From: Candidatus Poribacteria bacterium
GTDB lineage: Bacteria > Poribacteria > WGA-4E > PCPOR2b
Assembly: GCA_965116925.1 (NCBI GenBank)
Contig: OZ220744.1
Location: 5,248,001-5,312,000, forward strand
Reading direction: 5' to 3'
DNA: 64,000 bases
In this document: positions 1 to 10,393 of the stretch, one piece after another
How positions within the stretch are numbered: position 1 is the stretch's first letter
Layout of the letters: each line of letters opens with the position of its first letter
Position numbers and translations under genes: made by a program
Notes under the pieces: generated by a model
Databases searched by the model: none
Told to the model about the DNA's origin: nothing
The model's input: the letters and a program-made list of their open reading frames with translations, nothing else

Positions 1-1
1 A

Positions 2-220
2 CTCGACCACTTATCTTACCAGATTGCAACACGACTCCAGATCCCCCTGACGGACAAACAACAGTTGATAGAGACATTGTCAGTACATCAGCTTTTGGAC
101 CGAGAAATCGAACTTCTTGAGCGAGAAAATCGAAGATTAAAAATAAGCCTACTCGCTCGAAGAAGTTTTGAAAAGCACGACACTAACGTATCACCGTGGA
201 AAAACGCCTCCCTGAATTAA
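2..220 (+). CDS. 3' end of a LON peptidase substrate-binding-domain protein (partial, runs off window start)
   Basis: Frame 2 reads LDHLSYQIATRLQIPLTDKQQLIETL...ASLN*, resembling the C-terminal helices of stand-alone LON N-domain proteins; not in ORF track. Confidence 0.6.
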   Translation, partial: LDHLSYQIATRLQIPLTDKQQLIETLSVHQLLDREIELLERENRRLKISLLARRSFEKHDTNVSPWKNASLN

Positions 221-263
221 ATGGCGATTCTTTCTATCGCCGCTCTCGGAATCGAGGACAACG

Positions 264-902
264 ATGCAACGTCAACTCGCTTCAGATCGCTCTCCTCAAA
301 CATCTGGTTCTCTAATTGCGGTGCGAAATTTTTTCTATGTCAGCAACTTATTATCCATAATACGGCTTGCGCTGACCCCATTCCTCTTTCACACCATCAT
401 TCGTCGATCCCACGTGGCAGTCTTGGTGATAGGGGGATTGGCAATTCTGACCGACATGCTTGATGGTTACTTCGCACGCCGTCTGAATCAGCGCACCAAT
501 CTGGGTAAAATTTTGGATCCAATTGCTGATAAGGCGATAATTAGCGCGGTGATTATCGCCCTCATTTTATCTAATTCAAGCTTTCCGCGCTGGGCTTTTA
601 TCGTTATTATTATTCGAGATGTCTTAATTGTGGTTGCCAACATGTTTCTGTTCCATCGAACGCAGATCATTGCCCGATCTGACGTGTGGGGCAAATGCAC
701 AACCTTTTTCCTCGCAACCGCCTTGGCCCTTTACACCTTGGTAGATAATTTCTTTGAAGGTCGTGGGCCGATCCCTCCGTTTGTTCCCTATTCTGTGTTG
801 TGCATCGGTTTGGTATTTGCGTTAATTTCGGTCGCGAACTACAGCTGGCAGTTGCTGCGTTTATTACAACAGAATAGGGAACAGTCCAAGAAAGCACTGT
901 AA
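264..902 (+). CDS. CDP-alcohol phosphatidyltransferase (PgsA-like)
   Basis: DMLDGYFARRLNQRTNLGKILDPIADK matches the CDP-OH phosphotransferase motif; hydrophobic helices. Confidence 0.9.
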   Translation: MQRQLASDRSPQTSGSLIAVRNFFYVSNLLSIIRLALTPFLFHTIIRRSHVAVLVIGGLAILTDMLDGYFARRLNQRTNLGKILDPIADKAIISAVIIALILSNSSFPRWAFIVIIIRDVLIVVANMFLFHRTQIIARSDVWGKCTTFFLATALALYTLVDNFFEGRGPIPPFVPYSVLCIGLVFALISVANYSWQLLRLLQQNREQSKKAL

Positions 903-926
903 CAATCAAGTCGAAGAACATAAAAT

Positions 927-1421
927 ATGGCAGTTCCGCTTACCGTATCCGAAATTGCGAATATGATTGGCGTCGAAGAGGCTATCATTCGACAGACCCT
1001 TGAACGCCGTGACGAAGATCTCGCTCCCTATCTGCACGCCCCCGATGCCTCGGGAGAAGAAGCAGATGCCAACGTTTCACCTTCCCAACCTCAAACGCCG
1101 CTTTTAAGGCGTGAAGGGCTGCCATTGCTCATCACCAAACTGGCGTTTAATATCCCAACCTCAGACATTATTGAAAACCTCGCTAGTCAGGTGTTGCACC
1201 TCATGCTTGTTCAAGAGCAGAATACGGATTTGACAAGCAAACATCAAGAGTTACAAGAACAAAATGACCAGTTGCAACACCACACCAAAGAATTGCAACA
1301 AAGGGTTGATTCCTTAGAAAATGAGCTAGCAGAACAAATCCAGCTACGGGAAAAGGTTGAAGCTGAGTCTCGCAAAGGATTTTGGAGTATCTTCGGACGA
1401 CGAGAGTCCAAGAGTTCCTAG
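927..1421 (+). CDS. hypothetical protein: N-terminal HTH-like segment, coiled coil, C-terminal amphipathic helix
   Basis: LTVSEIANMIGVEEAIIRQ; Q/E/L heptads; ends KGFWSIFGRR. Confidence 0.65.
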   Translation: MAVPLTVSEIANMIGVEEAIIRQTLERRDEDLAPYLHAPDASGEEADANVSPSQPQTPLLRREGLPLLITKLAFNIPTSDIIENLASQVLHLMLVQEQNTDLTSKHQELQEQNDQLQHHTKELQQRVDSLENELAEQIQLREKVEAESRKGFWSIFGRRESKSS

Positions 1422-1463
1422 AAGCCTTCTGGCAAACTATACCCGTTTTGGAGGAGTCAACCA

Positions 1464-2057
1464 ATGACAAAGCAACGTCGTAATCAGCTCATTGCTATTA
1501 GCGCGCTGATTGTCGGTTTGGCATTTCTCTATCAACCGTCCTCAGTTTTGCTTCGGGGTGTTGCACTGCCCCTGCTGATTATTTCCGCTATCTTATCCAC
1601 TCTCTCCTTTTCGGCAAAGCGAATCATTGAAGTTATTGCCGGGTTAGGACTCATCGCCGGTTTTTCATTTCTCTATCTGCCCATCCCTCCAATTTTACGC
1701 GGCTCCGCTTTCCACCTACTTGCTGCAAGCGCAATCGCTTTTGGCATGACAACGAGGCTGATCAGATTCGCTGAAATTGCAGCGGTGGTTATCGCCATAA
1801 CTGGGCTTATTGCCCTTTACCAATCCTTTAGTCAACTTCTGCAAAGCAGCGGACTTCACCTCATCTTGATGGGCATAATTGTACTCGCGATTGTATCCCC
1901 ACGAAGAGTGCTAATCGAGCGCGTCTCAATCGGCGCAATTGTGCTTGGATTGGTCTTTCTCTGTCAACCTTTCGCTATCTTGCTTTACCAGACAGGTTTT
2001 CAGGTTCTTCTCGGCGGCTTAGCTGGGTTTATTGTTGTTGCACATAGGGCAACGTAA
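1464..2057 (+). CDS. hypothetical integral membrane protein
   Basis: GGAG RBS upstream; many hydrophobic segments with internal repetition. Confidence 0.7.
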   Translation: MTKQRRNQLIAISALIVGLAFLYQPSSVLLRGVALPLLIISAILSTLSFSAKRIIEVIAGLGLIAGFSFLYLPIPPILRGSAFHLLAASAIAFGMTTRLIRFAEIAAVVIAITGLIALYQSFSQLLQSSGLHLILMGIIVLAIVSPRRVLIERVSIGAIVLGLVFLCQPFAILLYQTGFQVLLGGLAGFIVVAHRAT

Positions 2058-2338
2058 TGCTGTACCACAGCCTAACCGAAGCTGCGTTTTATCTGCCCCC
2101 AAGTAGTTGTGAGTATCCTCCGATGCTGCACAGCAAGGTCATCCCACGTTAAAATCATCACGAAATATCCCTGCCCATGTTGATGATACTAATAAAGGGA
2201 GCATCAGCATAACCATTATGCACTTCATGTCGCATCACCTATCTTCAGATAGAATCAGTTCAGTTCTATTTCGAGTTTAGACCTCCAAAGCCTTTGAAAC
2301 TTCGGAAGTCTAAACGGATATAATCGTCAATCTGTCCC

Positions 2339-3880
2339 CTAGGGTGCATACAAGTTCCGTGACCGGTACTGGAAAAAGATCATCCGGCGGTTCTGTTCCC
2401 CTGTCCAAGGATATGCTCCGTGGGTTTGGGCGGAGGCAAGGAAAAGGAGTACATCGCCTGCCTTCATCTCTATATGCCGCACCATGCCCATCTCATTATC
2501 GCACGTCCGAATTCCGTCGGGCATGGGATAGCTCGTCTTATGGCTGCCCGGCACACAGACAAAGCCGCCGTCCGCCGAGGTGACATCGCGCAACTGCCAA
2601 GCGACATTGAGGTACTCACTATAGACCCGCCCATTTTGTTGGCGGTAGTGGTTGCCTACCTTTGATGGGAAGCCGTTGGCGTGCAGCGCATGTCCAGATG
2701 ATCCTTTCCCCGACAGGAACCCATTGCACATCATACACTCGAACCCGCTGCCCATAATCCAGTTCATGCGTTGAATTAGGGCGGGATGGGCAATCATCCG
2801 TTGGAACGGTTCGCCGTGAGGTGCGGGCAGCTGCCACGGATTGCCCATCGATGATCTGCCTACCCCCGTACCTGCCAACGGTTTCGAGTCTCCAGCAGCA
2901 GAGCCACCTGTGCTAATCCGATCGGCGTTGGCATCAATCGCCTCGTTAGCTGCCGCCAACCAATCCGCATCCATCACTCCCCGTAACACGAGGTGACCAC
3001 ACAGATCCCAATGGAAAAATTCCTTCTCATCAATCCCTGAATCCGGATCCCGTTTATAAATCGAAGGGTGAAGGATACCGGGTTCCGTTGACAACGAAAC
3101 TGTCTTACCATCCGAGTGCACTACAGGCGGTGGATAGCCCCGATTTGGGTTATGTAACACGGCGCGCTGCACCGGCGTCAGTTGTGCCGTCCATTCAGGC
3201 ATTGTGTCGTCCTCACCCGTAATTTCAGACTCCGCAGACGGACGGACTTCTGCGCTGATATAGCCACATTCAAGCAGGCGTTGGGGACCCTTCCCTTGCC
3301 ATGGATGTAGCCCCCACATCAAGGATTCGGTGCACAACAACAGATCGCCTGCCTGCAAAACCGGCTGCACAATCAATCCCATATCGTCGTCCCCACACAC
3401 AAGATCTTGGGGAGCGTCTACCGAGCTATTGTGGCTGGCTGGAACCACAACTAATCCACCGTCGCCCTCGTTGACATCCGCTAATGCCCATATCGCCCGC
3501 AAGCCCTGACAGAAACGGGATCCATTATGCTGACGATAGGCGCGGGACCAGTCCTGCCATTCGCTACCTCCCGATAGAGGTACTTTGCCATTTTCAGAGC
3601 CATCGGCGTTGACTTCAATCAGATGGGGTGACCGGTCGAGCCGAAAATTTTCGCCGCAGATCTCCTCCAAATACTGCGTCAGCACGGGATGGTCGCGCAG
3701 GAAGTCTAAAGCGGAGCAGGAGGACACGCACGATGGAGCTGCTCCATCAGCGGTTTCTAACTGATTGAGTGCCTCGTTGCAAGTCTTCAACTGATCGGAA
3801 GTCAGAACGCCGGGGACGATTAGATAACCTGTCACATCGAAATGATAGTTTTCTTCGTTGGTCATTTCTTTGCTATCCAT
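2339..3880 (-). CDS. tandem two-domain phytanoyl-CoA dioxygenase (PhyH)-family protein
   Basis: Two repeats of F/WD.xG.L...GV / GG.V.VP.SH / AGD.LL; start moved to ATG 3880 (AAGGAG RBS). Confidence 0.85.
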   Translation of the reverse strand: MDSKEMTNEENYHFDVTGYLIVPGVLTSDQLKTCNEALNQLETADGAAPSCVSSCSALDFLRDHPVLTQYLEEICGENFRLDRSPHLIEVNADGSENGKVPLSGGSEWQDWSRAYRQHNGSRFCQGLRAIWALADVNEGDGGLVVVPASHNSSVDAPQDLVCGDDDMGLIVQPVLQAGDLLLCTESLMWGLHPWQGKGPQRLLECGYISAEVRPSAESEITGEDDTMPEWTAQLTPVQRAVLHNPNRGYPPPVVHSDGKTVSLSTEPGILHPSIYKRDPDSGIDEKEFFHWDLCGHLVLRGVMDADWLAAANEAIDANADRISTGGSAAGDSKPLAGTGVGRSSMGNPWQLPAPHGEPFQRMIAHPALIQRMNWIMGSGFECMMCNGFLSGKGSSGHALHANGFPSKVGNHYRQQNGRVYSEYLNVAWQLRDVTSADGGFVCVPGSHKTSYPMPDGIRTCDNEMGMVRHIEMKAGDVLLFLASAQTHGAYPWTGEQNRRMIFFQYRSRNLYAP

Positions 3881-3902
3881 AACAGTCTCCTTTCTTATGT
3901 GT

Positions 3903-4697
3903 TCATTTTGTGGGTGGTCTACGAGGTGTGATTGGTTGGACAATTGCGCGTCGCTCTGGTGTGAGTCGCGCCAGCAGCTCCTCGGAAGGGACATAGGCAA
4001 AACGGTGTGCATACATCGAAGGTAGATAGCGAAAAATGATCATGCGCCGCTCGCCGGGATTCTTTCGCTCCGCGGAACCGTGGCACAAACAATCGTTAAA
4101 CAACAGGGCATCGCCACCGTTCAGATATACCTCCATCGCGCCTTCAATCGTTTCGCCCGGACTGTGGGTGATACCTGCGCTTGCCTTCTGCATCGGGTGT
4201 GGAAAATCTGACTTGTGGCTGCCGGGGATTATGACCGTCGGTCCATCGCCCACACCTACATCGGTCAACGGCACCATTAACGTCAGCAGGCAACAACACC
4301 ACTCGCCTTGACTGCGACCTGTGCGGTTGCGACTGTCGGGCATATGTCCACCGGAATGGACGCCGATATATCCACCTTGCCCACGTATGTTAATAAATCC
4401 CTCGTTGATAAATGGTCGATCGTGAGGACCGATGTAGTGACGGACCAGATCAATCCAAGCCGGGTGATCGATGAGTCGTTCAAAAATCTCTCCGCCTTCG
4501 ATGATATTTTGTAGATTCATCCCATCGATCCCCCCATAGGTGTGGACGTCGATATTGCCGTACCACTGATCGATTTGCAAGGGAGGCAGCGCATCAAGAA
4601 AGCCGTTCATCGCGCGGAGGTGATTGGGATCAATTGCTCTCTTGATAACTGTGTAACCGTGCAGGTCAAACAGGTATTCTTCCATCGGAGTTGGCAT
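3903..4697 (-). CDS. PhyH-family Fe(II)/2-oxoglutarate-dependent oxygenase
   Basis: YLFDLHGY, GPTVIIPGSHKS, GDALLFNDCLCHG. Confidence 0.88.
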   Translation of the reverse strand: MPTPMEEYLFDLHGYTVIKRAIDPNHLRAMNGFLDALPPLQIDQWYGNIDVHTYGGIDGMNLQNIIEGGEIFERLIDHPAWIDLVRHYIGPHDRPFINEGFINIRGQGGYIGVHSGGHMPDSRNRTGRSQGEWCCCLLTLMVPLTDVGVGDGPTVIIPGSHKSDFPHPMQKASAGITHSPGETIEGAMEVYLNGGDALLFNDCLCHGSAERKNPGERRMIIFRYLPSMYAHRFAYVPSEELLARLTPERRAIVQPITPRRPPTK

Positions 4698-4816
4698 GTT
4701 CTATCTCCTCAACTCATCAGTAAGCGGAAAAGGGTGGAACGTTTTGATGGCTGTCGATATTGTAAACAAACCTTGCAGAAAAAGCAACAACTGATTTTGA
4801 TGGAGGTTTTCCCATT

Positions 4817-4907
4817 CGCTCATGTTAAGATTTAGTGCAAAGAAATCGAGTTTTTTTTTGCAAACTCGGTTTCTCTTCGTGCTTTGCACTTTCTTTTTAT
4901 ATGAGCC
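4817..4907. mobile_element. MITE with (G/C)GCTCAT...ATGAGCC termini and 8-bp TSD TTCCCATT (ISL3-like ends)
   Basis: TTCCCATT at 4809-4816 and 4908-4915; termini match the copy at 26525-26639. Confidence 0.75.
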
Positions 4908-5006
4908 TTCCCATTTTACTCATTGCTTAAAATTTCAATGTGCTATATAATCGGTTTGATATCCTGTCTTTCGGCTGCATCTAATACCACTTATGGAGCG
5001 ATTGCG

Positions 5007-6671
5007 ATGGATTTGAGGGAACCTCCCCGGCTCATTTTTAACACCGATGGTCACTGGATCATCAATTACCAAGATCGGTGGGAACCGGACGACGTTACCA
5101 AAATGATGCCTATGCTCGCCGATGCCGGCGTGGATGCACTTTCTGTTCTTGTCGGGATCGACGATGATCTGTCTTGGCGGGGGAGTCCCCATGGCCAACT
5201 GTGGGGCGATAACATTGAGGACTGGAACCCCGATCCGCTACCTACCGACATTCACGGTCATCCGTTGAAATCTGTTGAACCGTTGCACATTCACGGCAGA
5301 CCTGTGAAGGAGATAGATGGCAGGATGCCCGCGAATGCCCATGAGTGTTTGTATAGACTTTTTGCGAAGGTCATCCAAGACGGTCACGATCTCATGCGGA
5401 TTTACATTGAGGGTTCTAGAAAGCAGGATATGGCGATCTACGCCTCCTTCCGTATGAACGATGCCCACGCCTGCGATGAAGCCCGTGGGTGGTATGGTCG
5501 TTCTCGCCAAAAGACGGAAAGACCCGATCTGCTTCTCGGATCGCCTGTTCCTGCAGGTGTCCACGGTGCGGACTGGTCCTTTTCTTGGCGATGGAACTAC
5601 GCGAAAGCAGAGGTAAGGGAACGCTTTCTAGGGCTGTTCGACGAAACACTAACCCGCTACGATTTTGATGGGTTAGAGTTGGATTTCAGTCGCGCGCCGC
5701 CTTTCTTCCGAGCCGGTGAGATTATTGAGAATATTCCGACGTTGACACAGTTCATGCGGGACACACGAGAGGTTGTGAAGCGACACAGTGCGTCAAAAGA
5801 CCGTGAACTGAGGCTCATTGTCCGGGTGCCTGTTGGTATTGGGGAGAATCTGGAGGCGGGGATCGACACAGAAACTTGGATACGCGAGGGACTTGCGGAT
5901 ATCCTCGTATTGGGCTCTCCGGGTTACTGCGTTCACGAGATTGATATCCGCAAAGCGGTTTCCTCTGCGGAGGAAAGCGGGACGTTGGTATTCACAGGGT
6001 TTGATGGGGCAACCTACACCGTTTCGCCGCAGGAGGGCTATGAACGGAGTCCTTCCAGTGTGCTGAGGGCTACCGCGCTGAACGGCTATCGTGAAGGTGC
6101 TGCCGGTGTCCATTTGTTCAATTACGATTATCCATCCCATCGCGCCGGTCCTACCGACAGCAAAGACTTCAACATCTTTGATGATTACCATCTCCAAACC
6201 ATACGAGATCTAAGGGAACCTTCGGCTCTGGAACGGCGAAACCGTTGTTATTACCTCCCGTCTCCTACTGGAGCGGGGAGAGCAGATCACCGCCTCCAAG
6301 TGCCGCGGAAATTGGCACTCATGGGCAGAGGAGCAGGCTCTGAGCACGCGATGCGCCTTATCGTTCACGACGATATTGAGGGTGGTAAAGCTGAAGGGAG
6401 AATCAGAAAGACCGAACTTAGACTTCGCACAGAAGATTTTGAAGATTCGCTGGATCGCATCCACTTTGAGGTCAACGGCAAGATTCTTCCCTTCACGCCG
6501 AGTCGGACGGTGACAAACAGTCAAGGTCAGGGTTGGTTCGTGTTCGATGATCCACCGTTACAACAGGGACTAAATACTATTCTATTGGTCTTGGAAGGCA
6601 TTGAAACACCGGACCCTTGGCCCAGCGTACAGCAGTGCGAAATCTTGGTTTTAACGAGCGATTTGACGTAA
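5007..6671 (+). CDS. putative TIM-barrel glycoside hydrolase-like protein (GHL10/DUF187-like)
   Basis: RLIFNTDG, ASFRMND.H, YDFDGLELDFSR, GVHLFN motifs; start refined by GGAG RBS. Confidence 0.6.
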   Translation: MDLREPPRLIFNTDGHWIINYQDRWEPDDVTKMMPMLADAGVDALSVLVGIDDDLSWRGSPHGQLWGDNIEDWNPDPLPTDIHGHPLKSVEPLHIHGRPVKEIDGRMPANAHECLYRLFAKVIQDGHDLMRIYIEGSRKQDMAIYASFRMNDAHACDEARGWYGRSRQKTERPDLLLGSPVPAGVHGADWSFSWRWNYAKAEVRERFLGLFDETLTRYDFDGLELDFSRAPPFFRAGEIIENIPTLTQFMRDTREVVKRHSASKDRELRLIVRVPVGIGENLEAGIDTETWIREGLADILVLGSPGYCVHEIDIRKAVSSAEESGTLVFTGFDGATYTVSPQEGYERSPSSVLRATALNGYREGAAGVHLFNYDYPSHRAGPTDSKDFNIFDDYHLQTIRDLREPSALERRNRCYYLPSPTGAGRADHRLQVPRKLALMGRGAGSEHAMRLIVHDDIEGGKAEGRIRKTELRLRTEDFEDSLDRIHFEVNGKILPFTPSRTVTNSQGQGWFVFDDPPLQQGLNTILLVLEGIETPDPWPSVQQCEILVLTSDLT

Positions 6672-6712
6672 ATCCCTAAATCTCTAACTTTCCTTTCAGG
6701 AGGAGGTTCGTA

Positions 6713-7771
6713 ATGACACTGAAGGTCGGTATCATCGGTTGTGGACGTATGGCGAATACTATTGAGGACGAGCAGATCGCGAAAAGAAAACAGGGTCCCT
6801 ACCGTAGCGGTCTAGTGTTACCCTACTGCCATGCGGGCGGCTATGCGGTCGTTGAAGATACAGAAATGGTCGCCGCGTGTGATATAGTCGAGGAGAAGCG
6901 GAAGGCGTTTCAAGAACGTTGGAACGTGCCACGGGGTTATGCAGATCATCGTGAGTTGATTGATGTGGAGAAACCCGATATCCTCAGTATTACAACCCGC
7001 CCGGAGCAGCACGCTGAGGCGATGATTTACGGGGCGGAGCACGGTGTCAAGGGAATGTATGCCGAAAAGCCGTTGTGCTGTTCACTCCTTGAGGCGGATG
7101 CCATCAATGAGGCATTTGAGCGAAACGGTGTTTTCCTTGAATTCGGACCGATGCGTCGAAACTGGGCGATCTATCGACAAGCGCACGATATCGCGCATAG
7201 TGGAGAGTTAGGGGCGGTTCGGTCGGTGATTGGGTTCGCTGGCAACAGCATCGGCGGACACTTTCTCGATACACTACTTTATTTATTGGGCGATCCCGAA
7301 CCGGTTTCCATTCGCGGGACATTGGGAGAACTGCACCACGACGAAGGGGATACCACCAATATGCGGTTCATGCGCGATACAGGCATCCTATCGGCGTATG
7401 TCGAATTCGATAACGGGACAACCCTCCATGCGGCAGCGACCGGAGCAAGCCGAGAGTATGAACTGGTTTGCGAGGCGGGGATTATCCGGATCCAGAACGA
7501 TGGCGAATCCTTATACGTGCGTAAAAGCGAAGAACAAGATCGCGCCTACGACCCAATCGAAGTCGAGCCGGTAACGCCGTGGAGCGGCACCGAGCGCAAG
7601 GTTCGTGAGTTGGTGGAGTCAATAAAAACAGGGATGCCGGGAGTCAGCAATCTGCGAGCAACGATGCTGGGAACAGAGATCGGATTTGGCATCTATGAAT
7701 CCCATCTACGAGGCGGGGTTGCTGTCCAACCACCTGTTCCGAATCGTGAGCGTTGGGTGTCGAGTTGGTGA
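6713..7771 (+). CDS. Gfo/Idh/MocA oxidoreductase
   Basis: KVGIIGCG Rossmann motif, AEKP. Confidence 0.9.
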   Translation: MTLKVGIIGCGRMANTIEDEQIAKRKQGPYRSGLVLPYCHAGGYAVVEDTEMVAACDIVEEKRKAFQERWNVPRGYADHRELIDVEKPDILSITTRPEQHAEAMIYGAEHGVKGMYAEKPLCCSLLEADAINEAFERNGVFLEFGPMRRNWAIYRQAHDIAHSGELGAVRSVIGFAGNSIGGHFLDTLLYLLGDPEPVSIRGTLGELHHDEGDTTNMRFMRDTGILSAYVEFDNGTTLHAAATGASREYELVCEAGIIRIQNDGESLYVRKSEEQDRAYDPIEVEPVTPWSGTERKVRELVESIKTGMPGVSNLRATMLGTEIGFGIYESHLRGGVAVQPPVPNRERWVSSW

Positions 7772-7933
7772 TTTGTATGCACAACGTGACTTCGGCAAGT
7801 GGTACAAACTCAAAGGATTTTGAATGGAGCATAAAACTCTGGGTAGAGCAGACTCACTTCATTTACATTTGCTTTTTGGTTCATTCGGGGCTATACTTAG
7901 GATATACATTCTATTGTTTTGAGGAGTTTGACT

Positions 7934-8182
7934 ATGTTGAGTAAAATTCAGAAATGGGGAAACAGCCAAGGGCTTCGGTTTACGAAGGCCCTGCTCCAAG
8001 AAGCCCAGATAAACGTGGGTGATGAAGTGAGTGTTTCAGTCCAAAACGGACGGATTATCGTTGAACCTGCGACCAAAGTGCGAGGCAAGTATGGTTTGAA
8101 GGAGTTGGTATCAAGGATACCCCAAGAGTATCAAGCCGAAGAACTAGACTGGGGTGAGCCTGTTGGAAAGGAAGAGTGGTAA
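7934..8182 (+). CDS. mazE: MazE/AbrB-type antitoxin
   Basis: KIQKWGNSQGLR and C-terminal DWGEPVGKEEW; GAGGAG RBS; abuts toxin gene. Confidence 0.9.
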   Translation: MLSKIQKWGNSQGLRFTKALLQEAQINVGDEVSVSVQNGRIIVEPATKVRGKYGLKELVSRIPQEYQAEELDWGEPVGKEEW

Positions 8183-8527
8183 ATGCCCCGATACATTCCG
8201 GAGAAAGGGGATTTCGTGATCTTGACTTTTGATCCGCAGGCAGGACGCGAACAACAAGGGCGACGCCCTGCGTTGGTAGTCAGCAACACGTTGTTCAATA
8301 GGCACACCGGGCTTGCAATGATGTGTCCAATAACCAACACGAAAAGGAATACCCCTTTTCATGTGGAGGTGCCCATAGGGGCATCTCTTACAGGGTACAT
8401 CATGGTTGAGCAGATCAAGTCGGTTGATTATACGAGCCGAAACGTAAGGTTTGTCGAGAAAGCTCCTGAATTCGTGCTCAACGAAGTTCTAAGCATTTTA
8501 GATGCCTGCCTATACGACCCCATCTAG
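8183..8527 (+). CDS. mazF: MazF/PemK endoribonuclease toxin
   Basis: FDPQAGREQQGRRPALVVS, CPIT, EQIKSVD. Confidence 0.92.
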   Translation: MPRYIPEKGDFVILTFDPQAGREQQGRRPALVVSNTLFNRHTGLAMMCPITNTKRNTPFHVEVPIGASLTGYIMVEQIKSVDYTSRNVRFVEKAPEFVLNEVLSILDACLYDPI

Positions 8528-8553
8528 CACGATTCAAGATTTGTTGATTTCTA

Positions 8554-9486
8554 TTACTCCGGGCGCAATTCCCCCAGAGAGGTTTCGTCAGGTGCTATAA
8601 AATCAACGGCAGGACTCTCGACGCGACCATAAGCATTCCACACCTTAAAACCAAGTAACGCCAACAGTTCCGGAGGCGCATTCTCCAAAACCTCTTTTGA
8701 TGTGCCGACTGTCAAGTTCTCTTGCGTCCGGAACTGGGGACCGCAAAATGTCGAAAGCACCCCCAATCGCGGACCGTCACTCACATTCGCGCCGGTTCCG
8801 TGCCACATACGACCATCGAACACCATTGCTGTTCCTGCGGGACCTTCGGCAGCAATCGGTTCAACATCCTTATCCAGTTCTTTGTCCGGATGCCGTCCCG
8901 TCAAATGGCTTCGGGGCACGATCCGGGTGCCACCGTTTTCAGCCGTAAAGTCAACCAACATCCACATAACGTTGACAACCACGGCAGGCGCAATCATCGA
9001 CGGTGGACCGGCATCATCGACATCGCGACGTTCCCGCGTGATTGAACCAGCAGGCAGCGGGGAGCGGTCACGCCGGGTTGGCGGCGGCATCCACCACTGA
9101 TCTGTGTGCAAATTCATCGCTACGCCGCCCGGTTTAGCGATATTGGCGGTATAGCACGACAACAGGTACTGCTCGCCGAGGACATGCCCGATCAGTTCGT
9201 GGACACCCTTATGAAGCAACGGTTCATGAAAAATCTCTCCCTTGTTAATCAGCATCCAGACTCGCTGATTGATACCGCTGTTCTTATCCTTACCACCATC
9301 CTCATGAGCAAGCCCTTGCTGCTTTTCTGCGGCTGCCTGCTCTACCAATCGAGTGCGTAACGCTTCAACCTGCTTTGGGGTGAGCGCGTTGGCGAGTAAG
9401 CAATAACCGAACTCGTCTAAATGCGCCTTCGCTAGATTAAGGTCTGTTGTCGGTTGAGGTAAATCATTTTTCGTTGTGCTCGTCAT
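8554..9486 (-). CDS. PhyH-family dioxygenase
   Basis: Canonical LHTDQ (HxD) ... WHGTG triad; NGGTRIVPRSH. Confidence 0.88.
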   Translation of the reverse strand: MTSTTKNDLPQPTTDLNLAKAHLDEFGYCLLANALTPKQVEALRTRLVEQAAAEKQQGLAHEDGGKDKNSGINQRVWMLINKGEIFHEPLLHKGVHELIGHVLGEQYLLSCYTANIAKPGGVAMNLHTDQWWMPPPTRRDRSPLPAGSITRERRDVDDAGPPSMIAPAVVVNVMWMLVDFTAENGGTRIVPRSHLTGRHPDKELDKDVEPIAAEGPAGTAMVFDGRMWHGTGANVSDGPRLGVLSTFCGPQFRTQENLTVGTSKEVLENAPPELLALLGFKVWNAYGRVESPAVDFIAPDETSLGELRPE

Positions 9487-9527
9487 AACATCATCTCCAT
9501 TAATGAACCAATGAACCAATGAACTAA

Positions 9528-10295
9528 TCAACTAACGGCGAATTTCCACACCGACAGTGCGGTGCGACCGAAAATCCACTCCCGCTCTTCCTCACTCAAA
9601 TCGGAGAAGTAGTCAAGCGGGAACTGAAGTGAACGGTGGTATCCTTCCCTCGAACTGACCGGCGGAAAGTCGCTCCCCCACATTACCCGTTGCGGTCCAA
9701 ACGCCTCCACAACCATACGTGCTAGCGGAGGGACGTTCTCGAATGGATACGGTAGGTTGCAGAATTCCCCGAAGCCCGGCAGTTTTATCGTCAGGTTGGG
9801 GTGTTTCGCCAAGGCGAGAACCCGTTTGAATTCGTCATACGGTGCCGCTGCATCTGTACCCACACCAGCTAAGTGTTCGATGACGATCTGGAGGTCAGGA
9901 AACAGCTTCAGGACTTCAGCAAATTCATTGCTGAGGAGTGTTGATGGACTTGACGGGGCACTGACGACAAGGTTGAGTTCAGCGGCGGTACGCCACTGGG
10001 CAAGCGGATCAGATGCTTCCGCGCGTGAGTCCGCACCGAGACGAATTCCCACAAGCCCTTGGTCTGCCCAGTAACGCATCCGCTCCCCATCGTCGGTGCT
10101 TTCCACAATCATTGCCGAAGCAAGTCGGTCTGGGTAAGCTTGCAAACATTCAACATGGTAACTGTTGTCAGTTGTTCCCTGATGCTGAATTAAGACCGCC
10201 CGATCGACACCGGATTGCTCCATGTGGTAAAGCAGGGTTTCGATGAGTTCATATTTGTTCAGCCCGGCATGACAATGGGTGTCGACGATAGTCAT
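9528..10295 (-). CDS. amidohydrolase_2 family protein
   Basis: DTHCH, IEHLA, MWGSDFP. Confidence 0.88.
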   Translation of the reverse strand: MTIVDTHCHAGLNKYELIETLLYHMEQSGVDRAVLIQHQGTTDNSYHVECLQAYPDRLASAMIVESTDDGERMRYWADQGLVGIRLGADSRAEASDPLAQWRTAAELNLVVSAPSSPSTLLSNEFAEVLKLFPDLQIVIEHLAGVGTDAAAPYDEFKRVLALAKHPNLTIKLPGFGEFCNLPYPFENVPPLARMVVEAFGPQRVMWGSDFPPVSSREGYHRSLQFPLDYFSDLSEEEREWIFGRTALSVWKFAVS

Positions 10296-10393
10296 TAGCC
10301 CGATCCTTTCTCTTTTTATGATTTTCACGTTTCACGCTTTTCACGTTTTGCACTTTCTTTTAACATGCCCCTGTCCATTTTAGGTGTATCGGC

